From the NCBI GenBank assembly GCA_002269645.1, contig NIVC01002157.1:124001-188000 (forward strand): a stretch of DNA of 64,000 nucleotides, in the 5' to 3' direction. Shown one piece after another: positions 1 through 11,750 of the stretch (its first letter is position 1; every line of letters starts with the position of its first letter). The notes under the pieces are model-generated. The model worked only from the letters and a program-made list of their open reading frames with translations. It did no database searches and was not told where the DNA came from. The stretch comes from Macrostomum lignano. Lineage: Eukaryota. Made by a program: the position numbers and the translations under genes.

Positions 1-41
1 AGATCAGTTAAACAGCTGCTGGACACAAAGTTGCAGAATAT

Positions 42-617
42 TTATCCCTTATAAATGAGTAGCTCGAAAGTCTTCATATGATTGTTCAGTGTTAGCACGG
101 TTCCCGAGTCGTAAAGGTAGTAGAATATGCCATCATCTTTGCCGTCAGAGTACATCTTGTAGATTCCGTTCGGGTTGATGGCCGCGCAGTGTCCATACCA
201 CCAGCCAGCTGACTTCTCAGCAGCGCAGCTGCCATAAAAGTGCGCGTCATTGTCATATTCGGGCGTGCTGAACTGGTGATTATTTGGCAAAAAGAGTGCT
301 TCAGTTCGCTTTCCGACGCTTGACCTGCTCGCGTCCAGTGGTCCCATCAAGCACCTGTACTTATCGGTCACTGGCCCAACAGAGAACGGAGCATTCTCAG
401 CCCAGTACCAATTGCCGTTGAAGTCACTGAACTCCCAGCGGACTCTCCACACTCCAGTGGCGGTGAGCTGGTGGAGCTGCTCCAGTCCCATCCAGTAGTT
501 GAGTCTCTCGCCCTGACCAAATCCGTTCACGTAGTCCCCCCAGTTTCGGTCGAAGCTGACGGAGCCGTCGACTCTGTGCTGGAACGTCGTCCAGCAAGCG
601 CCCAACGGCTCCTGGAA
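42..617 (-). CDS. Fibrinogen C-terminal domain (FReD/FREP-like) protein, last exon
   Basis: WTTFQHRVDGSVSFDRNWGDYVNGFG, YWMGLEQLHQLT, FSTPEYDND, GWWYGHCAAINPNG are typical FBG-domain motifs. Acceptor tttcAG at 619-618 gives a phase-0 start (FQEPLGACW). Stop TAA at 44-42. Confidence 0.9.
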   Translation of the reverse strand, partial: FQEPLGACWTTFQHRVDGSVSFDRNWGDYVNGFGQGERLNYWMGLEQLHQLTATGVWRVRWEFSDFNGNWYWAENAPFSVGPVTDKYRCLMGPLDASRSSVGKRTEALFLPNNHQFSTPEYDNDAHFYGSCAAEKSAGWWYGHCAAINPNGIYKMYSDGKDDGIFYYLYDSGTVLTLNNHMKTFELLIYKG

Positions 618-701
618 CTGAAATTAACAGGAGATGAAGTTAGCACATGAGAACTCTGTTAAAGCTAGACAGTATCCTGATCACTGAGCTGTGCTACTCA
701 C

Positions 702-1010
702 CCACAGCTTCGCCAGGCCAGGATCTCCCACGTGCCGGCACTTTCGGCAGGCGTCCTTGCTGCTTCGGTGGCACATCAGCAGGGTGCAGTCACCCGACTC
801 GGCGCTGAATGAGACAGCGTGAGCAGCTTCGGCTCTGCTCAGACAGTGGATCTTGCTGGCACTCTTGAACACTCGCAGTACCCTGTACTCAGAGATGTCA
901 CTAGACTGCAGCTTCCAATTCGAGAGAGAATTGGAAGAGTCAGCTGGCTCAGCAATCACAGTTAAGGCGATTGCAAACACCCAACAGGCAAATCATATGT
1001 TGGGACTCAT
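702..1010 (-). CDS. Upstream exon of the FReD gene: signal-peptide-like segment and PAN/apple-like Cys module; in-frame TGA at codon 6
   Basis: Donor TGG|GTGAGT at 701 joins in phase 0 to the exon at 617 (84-nt intron). Hydrophobic FACWVFAIALTVIA is followed by SKIHCLSR...SFSAESGDCTLL. The ATG at 1010 is in frame but separated by TGA at 995-993. Confidence 0.55.
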
Positions 1011-1585
1011 TCTGGGATTTTATTATTCACTGTCAGAGCTCGATTGGGCGTCAATATCGAGAGAATACCGATATGGAGATCTTATGAGCCGTGTTCGCAC
1101 CTCGCAAGCGATTTTCCCCCGCTAAATTGACTTGTATTTATACACAGCAAATAAATCAATGCCAGCTTTGACTGAAAGCTTTTCATTGTGAATCTGAATG
1201 GCCCAATGTGTCGCATTGTAGCCCCCCCCCCCGACAAAGGCTTTTAAACTGGGACCGATTGCTTCATTTGTTTTTTTCTGCTCTGCCGCGCTTGTAAATT
1301 TCTGAAAAAGAAATGTTTGCGCCACTGACGAGGCCGTGGAGATGCTAGGCTATTATGAAAAATTGCTCATCCACGAGGCGTTTGAAGCTGCGATGCTTTG
1401 AATTCGATTTTCAGCTCCCCGACAGGCAGCAGTTCCAGCTCATTAGCTGTTTAGATTGAAGCTCCATTGTTGAGCTGAATTGTGCAGTTCTGCTATTGCC
1501 TTCTTGTAGGCTCTCACAATAATAGGATTCAGCTCTTTTTAAATAGGGCTCGACACCGTTAGCTGTTAGATAGGAGCAGTCCAAG

Positions 1586-2050
1586 GATCTGGGAGGGTGG
1601 CAGGTGGAGCAGCTAGAGGATCTGGGAGGGGTGGCGGGTGGAGCAGCCAGAGGAGCTGGGAGGGTGGCGGGTGGAGCAGCCAGAGGAGCTGGGAGGGTGG
1701 CGGGTGGAGCAGCCAGAGGAGCTGGGAGGGTGGCGGGTGGAGCAGCCAGAGGAGCTGGGAGGGTGGCGGGTGGTCAGCCAGAGGATCTGGGAGGGTGGTG
1801 GGTGGAGCAGCCAGAGGATCTGGGAGGGTGGCGGGGGATCAGCCAGAGGATCTGGGAGGGTGGCGGGTGGAGCAGCCAGAGGAGCTGGGAGTGTGGCGGG
1901 GGGATCAGCCAGAGGATCTGGGAGGGTGGTGGGTGGAGCAGCCAGAGGATTTGGGAGGGTGGCAGGTGGAGCAGCCAGAGGATCTGGGAGGGTGGCGGGT
2001 GGAGCAGCCAGAGGATCTGGGACGGTGGCGGGGGGACCAGCTAGAGGATC
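1586..2050. repeat. 33-bp G-rich minisatellite (GGAGCAGCCAGAGGAGCTGGGAGGGTGGCGGGT), about 14 copies
   Basis: Direct inspection; explains the overlapping repetitive ORFs at 1597-2129. Confidence 0.95.
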
Positions 2051-2786
2051 AGGGAGATCATTAATTATTGAGCAAGACCAATTGAGTAACCAATCGAGCA
2101 TTTTTACATTTTTCCCCTACCAAATGTAGCGAGCGACCGAGCGAGATCTCAGTTTCATTGTACAAGCTTTTACTGCAGTTAGTTGCTGACAACTATTGTT
2201 ATCCAGTGTAAGAAAATGTGCTTGAACAATAAATGATCCACGCTACGCACTACCAGGCCGAGTAATCCAATAAAAAAAATAAAAAATGGAGTTAATATTT
2301 TGTATTAAAAGCAACAGACTAGCTGTTGAAATAAAAAATTTATACCAACCGAATTTGAACGAAATGTGGGCTGGAGGCTTGGGCCTTTTCTCTCTTGCTC
2401 GCTATGAACACGCACTGGATTTGGGTTTTTCAAGTTTTCCTGCAATCTTTAATTTTCAATAATATCTTTTTGAGCACTTTTGAGTCTGAGGCAGTCTGCA
2501 GTCAGCAAAACAGAATGAAGATGCCAATTTAATAGATCTGCTTTTAGAAATTCAGAGACTTAATCATTATCGATTCATTATCTTGTAAATAAATGACTCT
2601 TTTTAACTTTCCCATTATATAGACGAAAACGCTAATTTTGCTACTGAAAAAGAGTAGATAAGCAAGTTTTTATAGTTTAAACATCGGCGAGTATCTGTGT
2701 CATAGGTGCCAGAGTGTGTGCCATGAATGCCAAATTGTCATGACTAACGAGTATTAGAGGTCAAAAAAGTGATGTACAGTATTTGT

Positions 2787-2917
2787 AGTTCACCCAGCTG
2801 TAAAATGGGTGCCAGTATTAGCTGTGATAATTGAGTGTGTGGCGACCCCCTCCCCCCCCCCGAATTCTTGGACTGAACAGCCGTACGCAGCTTTCAATCT
2901 ATTATTATTATTATTAT
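2787..2917 (+). mobile_element. 5'-truncated copy of the tRNA-CORE SINE with (ATT)n tail
   Basis: Matches the 3' half of the element at 35750-35987 (AGTTCACCCAG..TAAAATGGGTGCCAG...TTGGACTGAACAGCCGTACGCAGC) and ends in ATTATTATT. Confidence 0.7.
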
Positions 2918-3040
2918 TTTATTAGTCATAGGTTGAAGCTGGGAGCGATATCAAATCAAAAGTTAGAGGCTGATTCCTAGAAATGTGCATATTTATCAAG
3001 AATTACTAGCGTATGTACTTTAGAATTGCCTGCAGCTTAC

Positions 3041-3358
3041 CATTGCCAATGTCAATAAGTACATCGTTAGCTCGCTGCGTGATGTCGCACTGTGTTTCAA
3101 TTTTCTGTTCATCAGATAGTCCGTCAACTTTGTGTATGAACACTTCGAATTTAATCTTTGGATTAACCGAGTAGGCGCCGCTAACGAGAACTTTCAGCCG
3201 ATCAATAGCGTCAATGTATTCGTCTTGAGCGTCGATAACGAATACAATAGCGCCAGTGCTGGAGAATGTGTCGTTGGCATCGAACACGTCGTTCATGTAG
3301 TCAATGTGGCCCGGCACGTCCCATACGGAGAACTGGATAAATGAGCAGTCGGACACCT
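3041..3358 (-). CDS. RRAGC: Ras-related GTP-binding protein RagC/D, exon 3
   Basis: SFIQFSVWDVPGH (G3-like), GAIVFVIDAQDEY, KFEVFIHKVDGLS (G4). Acceptor cgcAG at 3360-3359, donor GTAAGC at 3040. Confidence 0.9.
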
Positions 3359-3466
3359 CTGCGGGAATTTAGACACAGTGGACTCATATGAGACCGCTTG
3401 CTCACCTGCTACACGCAAACTCTATCTGCGACTGTCTAAAGCTCGCTCATCTGAGATCCAATCCAT

Positions 3467-3790
3467 CTACCTCAAAGGCCAGATAGGGAATTCAGCCCTT
3501 GTCTGCGGGCCAGAGTGGAAAGAAAAGAGAATGGAAGACGAAAGATGAGAGAAGAGAGGAGAGGCAGGAAATGGTATGAGAGAAAAGATAAAAGAGGAGA
3601 GAAGAGGGGAGAGAGGGAAAAGAAAAAGAGAAGGGGGAGGGGAGAGGGGAGGGGAGAGGGGGAGAGAAGGGAGAGAGGATAAAAAGCTGAGCAGAGACAC
3701 AAACCTTGAGCGGGCCGGATTGCCATTGTGAAGTTTCAAAGGACCCGAGGGCCGGATAGAGGCTTCGAGGGTCGGGTATGGCCTGCGGAC
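3467..3790 (-). repeat. Dispersed bipartite repeat (conserved head, CT-rich spacer, conserved tail)
   Basis: Head GGTCCTTTGAAACTTCACAATGGCAATCCGGCCCGCTCAAGGTTT and tail GGCCCGCAG...TATCTGGCCTTTGAGGT recur, wholly or in part, at about 6260, 23590-24305, 29656-30369, 34180-34300 and 50860-51260. Confidence 0.7.
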
Positions 3791-3846
3791 CGGAGTTCGC
3801 CGACCCTTAATTTGATACTTAGAGTTAGTTCTTTCCATTCACTCAC

Positions 3847-4060
3847 CATCTTTCTGAATTTTGCAAGTGCTCTCGAGAAACAGCGTCTCATTGGGGCTCA
3901 TCTTGTGGAACACCACTTTTTGGATAGAAGATTTGCCGCTCCGCCTCATTCCCATAACTAGAATGCGCGGCTTCTCGTCCGCGGCTGCCGACGCGCCGGC
4001 GACACCGCTACTGGACGACATGGCGCCGACACCGACTCCGTTGACGGAGGCGACACCAGC
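3847..4060 (-). CDS. RRAGC: RagC/D, exon 2
   Basis: [36 protein letters not shown] (RagC/D P-loop). Acceptor at 4062-4061, donor GTGAGT at 3846; phase 1 matches exon 3. Confidence 0.92.
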
Positions 4061-4132
4061 CTGCGTTGCAGTTACGAAATTTAAGTGGGAATACAACATT
4101 AATCAAGGCAAAGATTCAATATCATAAAAATA

Positions 4133-4400
4133 GATGATCTATTTACACAACCGAATGTGGGATCTATCTACACAACCGAATGTGGGATCTATCTCTACAC
4201 AACCGAATGTGGGATCTATCTCTACACAACCGAATGTGGGATCTATCTACACAACCGAATGTGGGATCTATCTACACAACCGAATGTGGGATCTATCTCT
4301 GCACAACCGAATGTGGGATCTATCTCTACACAACCGAATGTGGGATCTATCTCTGCACAACCGAATGTGGGATCTATCTCTACACAACCGAATGTGGGAA
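4133..4400. repeat. 25/27-bp minisatellite (GATCTATCT[CT]ACACAACCGAATGTGG) in Rag intron 1
   Basis: Direct inspection. Confidence 0.95.
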
Positions 4401-4518
4401 ATGTGGAATCTATCTACACTATCAAATGCGGGATCTATCTGCAAGTTTTTCCTGCAAATTAGATGAGATTTTCCCAGAAACGATAGAACTGTGAAAATCA
4501 GCAGTCCCCCCAGCTCAC

Positions 4519-4638
4519 CTGATCGTACCCATACTGCACGGGGAAGCTACCAACAACGTAACTGCCAACTGTGGCTTCCTCTTCAACAGCGGCGGCTGCC
4601 CCTAGCTGCTGCTGCTGTGGCTGTTGCGCTGCTGACAT
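4519..4638 (-). CDS. RRAGC: RagC/D, exon 1 (absent from the ORF track)
   Basis: ATG at 4638, MSAAQQPQ...VGSYVVGSFPVQYGYDQ (40 codons), then a GTGAGC donor. The GSY..SFP..YGY pattern resembles the RagC/D N-terminus; phase 0 fits exon 2. Confidence 0.8.
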
Positions 4639-5267
4639 AGTTCGCAATAGCAATCCAAGCTTTTTTCACATAAATAATATTCGATCGATTCAAATGTATA
4701 TAATAGACCTGCCAATCTGAGTACTAACCGCAACCAACTTTGCTTAACTTAGCCTAATAAGGCCAGCAACCCAACACTGTTATTTATCATCAAAATACAC
4801 AATAGCTAAGATAATACTAATGCATCATATTAAAAATAGTAAAAGATAAAATAAATAAAAGTAAGCAGCTCAAATTCATAATGCGAGTAGGAATGCCAGA
4901 TGCCAAAGATATATTATATATTTACTCTGGTTACATTCTTACACAGTAATTCTAAACCTAACAAATTTAGTTACTCGCAAACTCTAAAGTTACCAGGCGT
5001 CTAACACGCAGTCTAAGTACGTACAAATAAGAACAAAATTATTCACGGCAAAATTGAAAAATTCAAAGCATGAGATTAACGGTTAGTGCGAATGGCTAAA
5101 TTCAACACTGAATTTGATGAATAAACAGCGCAAATGAAATTCCATAATTCCAAATTAACATGCTGACGCGATAGATTGAAAGCTGAAAAAAGGTTCCATT
5201 TTATAGCATTAATGTAGGAATGGATTAATGGAATTCTGGATGCCTCAACAGTCGCTACTGTTGGGGC

Positions 5268-5293
5268 ACTGTCTGTCTGTCTGTCTGTCTGCC

Positions 5294-5334
<41 letters not shown>

Positions 5335-5601
5335 GCCTGTCTGTCTGTCTGTCTGTCTGTCTGCCTGTCTGTCTGTCTGTCTGTCTGTCTTAGTGTCTGT
5401 CTGTCTGTCTGTCTGTCTGTCTGCCTGTCTGTCTGTCTGCCTGTCTGTCTGTCTGTCTGTCTTAGTGTCTGTCTGTCTGTCTGTCTTAGTGTCTGTCTGT
5501 CTGTCTTAGTGTCTGTCTGCCTGTCTGTCTGTCTTAGTGTCTGTCTGTCTTAGTGTCTGTCTGTCTGTCTTAGTGTCTGTCTGCCTGTCTGTCTGTCTTA
5601 G

Positions 5602-5658
<57 letters not shown>

Positions 5659-5785
5659 TAGTGTCTGTCTGTCTGTCTGTCTGTCTTAGTGTCTGTTTAT
5701 CTGTCTGTCTGTCTGTCTGTCTTAGTGTCTGTCTGTCTGTCTGTCTGTCTTAGTGTCTGTCTGTCTTTCTGTCTGTCTGTCTGTA
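5268..5785. repeat. (CTGT)n microsatellite with interspersed CTTAGTGT variants
   Basis: Direct inspection. Confidence 0.97.
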
Positions 5786-5985
5786 TTAAATAGCCAGCCG
5801 TTGGCTACTATCTTATTTTAATAGTTCCCCTTCCAGCTATATCTAAAAGACACAGACAAAAGTACACATGAAAATAATTAGCTGTACAAGTGAAAATAAA
5901 ACAGACAAAAACACTACTTGGAAACGCAGGCAAGGCGCAAATCTCAATCAAACGCAGAAAATAACACAGCATTTTAATCTACAAA

Positions 5986-6213
5986 TTAAGATTTATAAAT
6001 ATTGTTAATAGCCCGACCAATAACTAGGCGTCGAACCTCGGACGTGCCGGCGCCAATTTCGTACAGTTTAGCGTCGCGCAGCAGCCGGCCAGCCGGGTAT
6101 TCGTTAATATAGCCGTTGCCGCCCAGGATTTGAATGGCGTCCAGGGCCGACTGAGTGGCATCTTCGGCGCATTTCAGTATCACTCCGGCGCAGTCCATAG
6201 GCTGTCGCGAGCC
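5986..6213 (-). CDS. IVD: Isovaleryl-CoA dehydrogenase, exon 6 (last)
   Basis: [60 protein letters not shown]. Acceptor ctcAG at 6215-6214, stop TAA. Confidence 0.95.
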   Translation of the reverse strand, partial: GSRQPMDCAGVILKCAEDATQSALDAIQILGGNGYINEYPAGRLLRDAKLYEIGAGTSEVRRLVIGRAINNIYKS

Positions 6214-6589
6214 CTGAGATGGAGATAATAGGTTTCGAAGGAAGTATTAGAGGGGCCGGTCTATCCGGCCCTCCGGTCCTTTGAAACTTCGCAATAGCAA
6301 TCCGGCCCGCTCAAGGTTTCTGTCTCTTTTACAGATACTCGTACTAAAATAACTAAAAAAATAGTTATTCCACTAGTATCCAGGTCTCTTCTCAGGTCTC
6401 TCTTTCTCTCCTTTTCTCTTATCTCCCTTCTTCTTACCTCTCCTCTCTTTTCTCTCCCTCTCCTATCACCTCTCGTCTCTCATCCCCCTCTGTACACACT
6501 GTTGTACTCTCGTGCAGCAACCCTTACTTAACTTCCCAATTGTGCGACATCTTTTACACGCTATATATCTTTGGCCATCGTGGACACTG

Positions 6590-7155
6590 TGGTGAGCCAC
6601 CTACACCCTGCTCTGTAGACACTGCAGTGAGAAGCCTACCCCCCCTCTGTGGACACTGCGGTAAACCGCCTGCATCCCCTCTGTGGACACTGCGGTAAAC
6701 TGCCTACACCCCCTCTGTGGACACTGCGGTAAACCGCCTGCATCCCCTCTGTGGACACTGCGGTAAACCGCCTACACCCCCTCTGTGGACACTGCGGTAA
6801 ACCGCCTACACCCCCTCTGTGGACACTGCGGTAAACCGCCTACACCCCCCCTCTGTGGACACTGCGGTAAACCGCCTACACCCCCTCTGTGGACACTGCT
6901 GTAAACCGCCTACACCCCCCCTCTGTGGACACTGCGGTAAACCGCCTACACCCCCCTCTGTGGACACTACGGTAAACCGCCTACACCCCCTCTGTGGACA
7001 CTACGGTAAACCGCCTACACCCCCTCTGTGGACACTGCTGTAAACAGCCTACACCCCCCTCTGTGGACACTGCGGTAAACCGCCTACACCCCCCCTCTGT
7101 GGACACTACGTAAACCGCCTACACCCACTCTGTGGAAACTGCACTGAGCCGCCTA
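6590..7155. repeat. About 33-35-bp minisatellite (CCCCCTCTGTGGACACTGCGGTAAACCGCCTACAC) in IVD intron 5
   Basis: Direct inspection. Confidence 0.95.
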
Positions 7156-7313
7156 CACCTCATCTCATCCGTAACCCCCTGATCTCCATAGGTTTTACTT
7201 GCCTACCCAAAAGGTTCTACTGTTGACAATATGTTGAGTGAAGCCTAGCCCACCAATAACTAAACTGTAAATATATATACATATAACAGGTGTAAACACA
7301 CACAGCCACTCAC

Positions 7314-7808
7314 CTGAGCCAGAGCCCTAGTAACAGAATAAACGTAGCACCGACCACTAGTCAATCGGCAATACATATCGGCCATTTTGCCTTGCAACAA
7401 TTGAAACTGCCCAATAGACTGGCCAAACGCTTTGCGAATGTGGGCATATTGGAATGCGGTATCGCAGGCGGCCTGCATAATACCCAACGGCCCGGCAGAC
7501 AACAGCAGCCGTTCAATGTCCAGGCCAGACATCAGCACGTACACGCCACCGTCTAGGCGGCCCATGACCCGATCAGCCGGCACGCGAACTCCGTCGAATA
7601 CCAATTCGCCCGTGTTGCTACCCCGCATGCCAAGTTTGTCCAGCTTGCGAGAACAACTGAAACCGGGCGAGTCTCGCTCTACTAGAAATGTTGTAATACC
7701 GTGCGCCCCAGCCTCCGGTTTAGTCTTGGCGTACACCACTATTACATCCGCGTCTGGACCGTTGGTAATCCAAAATTTGCTGCCATTCAGCACGTAGGAG
7801 CCGTCAGA
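7314..7808 (-). CDS. IVD: Isovaleryl-CoA dehydrogenase, exon 5
   Basis: [63 protein letters not shown] at 7810-7809, GTGAGT at 7313. Confidence 0.95.
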
Positions 7809-7871
7809 CTGACAAAGAGATATTTTCGAAAAAAATCATCACTGAAGATACCTTTTAGTCTGAATATTTAG

Positions 7872-8655
7872 CTCTTGTTGCTGAGTAGCCACTGCCTAAT
7901 ACTGGCTTCAAGACTCTTGTTGCTGAGTAGCCACTGCCTAATACTGGCTTCAAGACTCTTTGCTGAGTAGCCACTGTCTAATACTGGCTTCAAGACTCTT
8001 TGCTGAGTAGCCACTGTCTAATACTGGCTTCAAGACTCTTGTTGCTGAGTAGCCACTGTCTAATACTGGCTTCAAGACTCTGCTGAGTAGCCACTGCCTA
8101 ATACTGGCTTCAAGACTCTTGTTGCTGAGTAGCCACTGTCTAATACTGGCTTCAAGACTCTTGTTGCTGAGTAGCCACTGTCTAATACTGGCTTCAAGAC
8201 TCTTGTTGCTGAGTAGCCACTGTCTAATACTGGCTTCAAGACTCTTGTTGCTGAGTAGCCACTGTCTAATACTGGCTTCAAGACTCTTGTTGCTGAGTAG
8301 CCACTGTCTAATACTGGCTTCAAGACTCTGCTGAGTAGCCACTGTCTAATACTGGCTTCAAGACTCTTGTTGCTGAGTAGCCACTGTCTAATACTGGCTT
8401 CAAGACTCTGCTGAGTAGCCACTGTCTAATACTGGCTTCAAGACTCTTGTTGCTGAGTAGCCACTGTCTAATACTGGCTTCAAGACTCTTGTTGCTGAGT
8501 AGCCACTGCCTAATACTGGCTTCAAGACTCTTTGCTGAGTAGCCACTGCCTAATACTGGCTTCAAGACTCTGCTGAGTAGCCACTGTCTAATACTGGCTT
8601 CAAGACTCTGCTGAGTAGCCACTGTCTAATACTGGCTTCAAGACTCTTTGCTGAG
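7872..8655. repeat. 38-42-bp minisatellite (GCTGAGTAGCCACTGTCTAATACTGGCTTCAAGACTCTTGTT) in IVD intron 4
   Basis: Direct inspection. Confidence 0.95.
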
Positions 8656-8754
8656 ATATCGTGTGGATTCATTACTTTATCTTTTTTTAAACTTTATAAA
8701 CCCCAATAAACGGAAATTCCCCAGAGTAAATAAAGTTAGTATCGCCATTATTAC

Positions 8755-9017
8755 CTGCTTGTCGGCGCGCATAGTCATCGACACAACGTCGGACCCGGCA
8801 TTTGGTTCCGACATTGCTAGCGCGCCAATCCATTCGCCGCTAATTAATTTCGGCAGGTAACGGCTCTTCTGCTCGTCGGTGCCGTGTCGGACAATCTGAT
8901 TGACGCACAGGTTCGAATGGGCTCCGTAGCTTAGGGCCACTGCGGCGCAGGCCCGGGACATCTCCTCCATTACGATGGCGTGATCCAGGTAGGAGGCGCC
9001 CAGGCCACCGTACTCCG
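8755..9017 (-). CDS. IVD: Isovaleryl-CoA dehydrogenase, exon 4
   Basis: [22 protein letters not shown]...[10 protein letters not shown]...[17 protein letters not shown]. Acceptor cccAG at 9019-9018, donor GTAATA at 8754. Confidence 0.95.
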
Positions 9018-9044
9018 CTGGGGAAATTCCATGGTAAAGGTGGT

Positions 9045-10209
9045 GATTCTTTATGAGAGGGTAGGGATTCTTGATGGGAGGGTAGGGATTCTTGATGGGA
9101 GGGTAGGGATTCTTGATTGGAAGGTAGGGATTCTTGATTGGAGGGTAGGGATTCTTGATGGGAGGGTGAGGATTCTTGATTGGAGGTAAGGATTCTTGAT
9201 GGGAGGGTAGGGATCTTTGATGGGAGGGTAGGGATCTTTGATGGGAGGGTAAGGATCTTTGATGGGAGGGTAGGGATCTTTGATGGGAGGGTAGGGATCT
9301 TTGATGGGAGGGTAAGGATCTTTGATGGGAGGTAAGGATCTTTGATGGGAGGTAAGGATCTTTGATGGGAGGTAAGGATCTTTGATGGGAGGGTAAGGAT
9401 CTTTGATGGGAGGGTAAGGATCTTTGATGGGAGGTAAGGATCTTTGATGGGAGGGTAAGGATCTTTGATGGGAGGTAAGGATCTTTGATGGGAGGGTAAG
9501 GATCTTTGATGGGAGGGTAGGGATCTTTGATGACAGGGTAGGGATCTTTGATGACAGGGTAGGGATCTTTGATGACAGGGTAGGGATCTTTGATGACAGG
9601 GTAGGGATCTTTGATGACAGGGTATGGATCTTTGATGACAGGGTATGGATCTTTGATGACAGGGTAGGGATCTTTGATGGGAGGGTAGGGATCTTTGATG
9701 ACAGGGTATGGATCTTTGATGACAGGGTATGGATCTTTGATGACAGGGTAGGGATCTTTGATGGGAGGGTATGGATCTTTGATGACAGGGTAGGGATCTT
9801 TGATGGGAGGGTAGGGATCTTTGATGGGAGGGTAGGGATCTTTGATGGGAGGGTAAGGATCTTTGATGGGAGGTAAGGATCTTTGATGGGAGGTAAGGAT
9901 CTTTGATGGGAGGTAAGGATCTTTGATGGGAGGGTAAGGATCTTTGATGGGAGGGTAAGGATCTTTGATGGGAGGTAAGGATCTTTGATGGGAGGGTAAG
10001 GATCTTTGATGGGAGGTAAGGATCTTTGATGGGAGGGTAAGGATCTTTGATGGGAGGGTAGGGATCTTTGATGACAGGGTAGGGATCTTTGATGACAGGG
10101 TAGGGATCTTTGATGACAGGGTAGGGATCTTTGATGACAGGGTAGGGATCTTTGATGACAGGGTATGGATCTTTGATGACAGGGTATGGATCTTTGATGG
10201 CAGGGTAGA
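9045..10209. repeat. 20/21-bp minisatellite (GGGAGGGTAAGGATCTTTGAT) in IVD intron 3; second patch at 10800-10915
   Basis: Direct inspection; generates the spurious 513-aa and 482-aa ORFs. Confidence 0.95.
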
Positions 10210-10457
10210 GAATTTCAATTGGAGGCTGGAGTGGGGGGAGGATAGACTGGAGGCAAAGATCGTTGGTTTTTTCAGAGAGATACTTCATCTTAACTAGTGG
10301 ATTAGAAGCCCCCTAATCGAAGTGGGAAATGGAGGCCTTTTGCAAAAATTATAACACTTACTGATTTAGTTTTGCCCAGTATCAAAATGTATACTCGTAC
10401 GAGCTAAATACATATGTATTTATTGAGCTCATATAAATAGATTATTATCATACTTAC

Positions 10458-10509
10458 TAGGCGCTGTAACACCAAGAAGTCCAAGTTCTCCACACTGCCT
10501 CCAGAACTT
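10458..10509 (-). CDS. IVD: Isovaleryl-CoA dehydrogenase, exon 3 (52 nt)
   Basis: KFWRQCGELGLLGVTAP. Acceptor ttgcAG, donor GTAAGT; phase 1 matches exon 4. Confidence 0.92.
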
Positions 10510-10591
10510 CTGCAATAAAAAAGTTTTTAATAAATTTGTTGGCTTTTTTCTAAATCAAATTTTAAATTTTGATTTGTCCTTACTACATTAC

Positions 10592-10681
10592 CTTAATGTC
10601 TTTGAAGTCATTTTCAGCATCAATTTGTTGTGCCTTTGGAGCCAACTCTTTTTGGCAGAATTGAAATATAGTTTGGCGCAA
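10592..10681 (-). CDS. IVD: Isovaleryl-CoA dehydrogenase, exon 2
   Basis: LRQTIFQFCQKELAPKAQQIDAENDFKDIK (30 codons). Acceptor ttttAG, donor GTAATG. Confidence 0.92.
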
Positions 10682-11750
10682 CTAAAAAGGAGAATATAAA
10701 ATTTGTTAAGCAACTAAAAAATTAAAGAAATAATTCTTAACGAATTAATCACAATTAAAACATTTGAATTTTTCCTATGTAACATTATTTTCTTTTCATG
10801 GGATCTTTGATGGAAGGGTAAGGATCTTTGATGGGAGGGTAGGGATCTTTGATAGGAGGGTAAGGATCTTTAATAGGAGGGTAGGGATCTTTGATGGGAG
10901 GGTAAGGATCTTTACCTTACCCTTTTACCCTTTACCCTTACCCTTTACCCTTTACCTTTACCTTTACCATATTGATGGCGTAAGGAAAAACTTAGCTATA
11001 TATAACTTCATCAGCTTTGTACAAATGGAGCAAAGAGAAATCCATTATGTAATATATGACCTGGATGGCCACATACTTTGTTGCCTCAACTGGTTATGGA
11101 AGCAAAGCAATAATGCCCATAGGCCTTAACAGTTTTATAAGCAAGCAAAAATTATTAGAGCTTAGCAGGTTTGCACTCCATAGTTCAGATCATGGCAGGC
11201 ATAGGCTAGAATGAAAATTCATGTTTTTTCAATTTTACACTAATGTAAAATAAATAAAATTTTTACACCAAGACTAAAATTGTTTATACGTCATTTTTTA
11301 AAGAATATATATTTTTAGGAATTCAAAACTTTTATTAAACTTTAAAATGGCTGTTTTTTGCTAAAAACTGATTTTCTTTGTTTTAATTTTGACTTTCTTG
11401 TGATTACATTATTATTTTCTAGTTTAGTTTCTGATTTTTTAAAGAGCTTTCAACGTTGGTTGATATTTAACTACATGTTTACATTAGCCTTGAACTTGGC
11501 TATTTTTTGTATACCAACTACGTACACTTCATGTTGAACTTGAAAATTATATACGCCAAGTGTATGCCAAGATTGTCAGCAAGACCAAAAATACACTGGA
11601 AAATTCTTGCATAAAGGAATAGAAAATTCTGGAACCACCTTCTGGACTATGGTTTATACTAAAGAATAAAATTATAATGAAAACTTAAATACATAGGCCT
11701 ATACAGTGTGCATTTAGAATTTAGATGCCAATTATAGTAACAAGTACAAT

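Noticed and set aside
993-995. Selenocysteine readthrough of the FReD TGA
   Set aside because: The position is in a signal-peptide-like segment, and no SECIS can be assessed because the 3' UTR is outside the window.
8677-10288. 513-aa and 482-aa ORFs with IKDPY/HQRSL repeats, one fused to acyl-CoA dehydrogenase sequence
   Set aside because: Read-through of a stop-free intronic minisatellite into IVD exon 4; the true exon begins at the acceptor at 9017.
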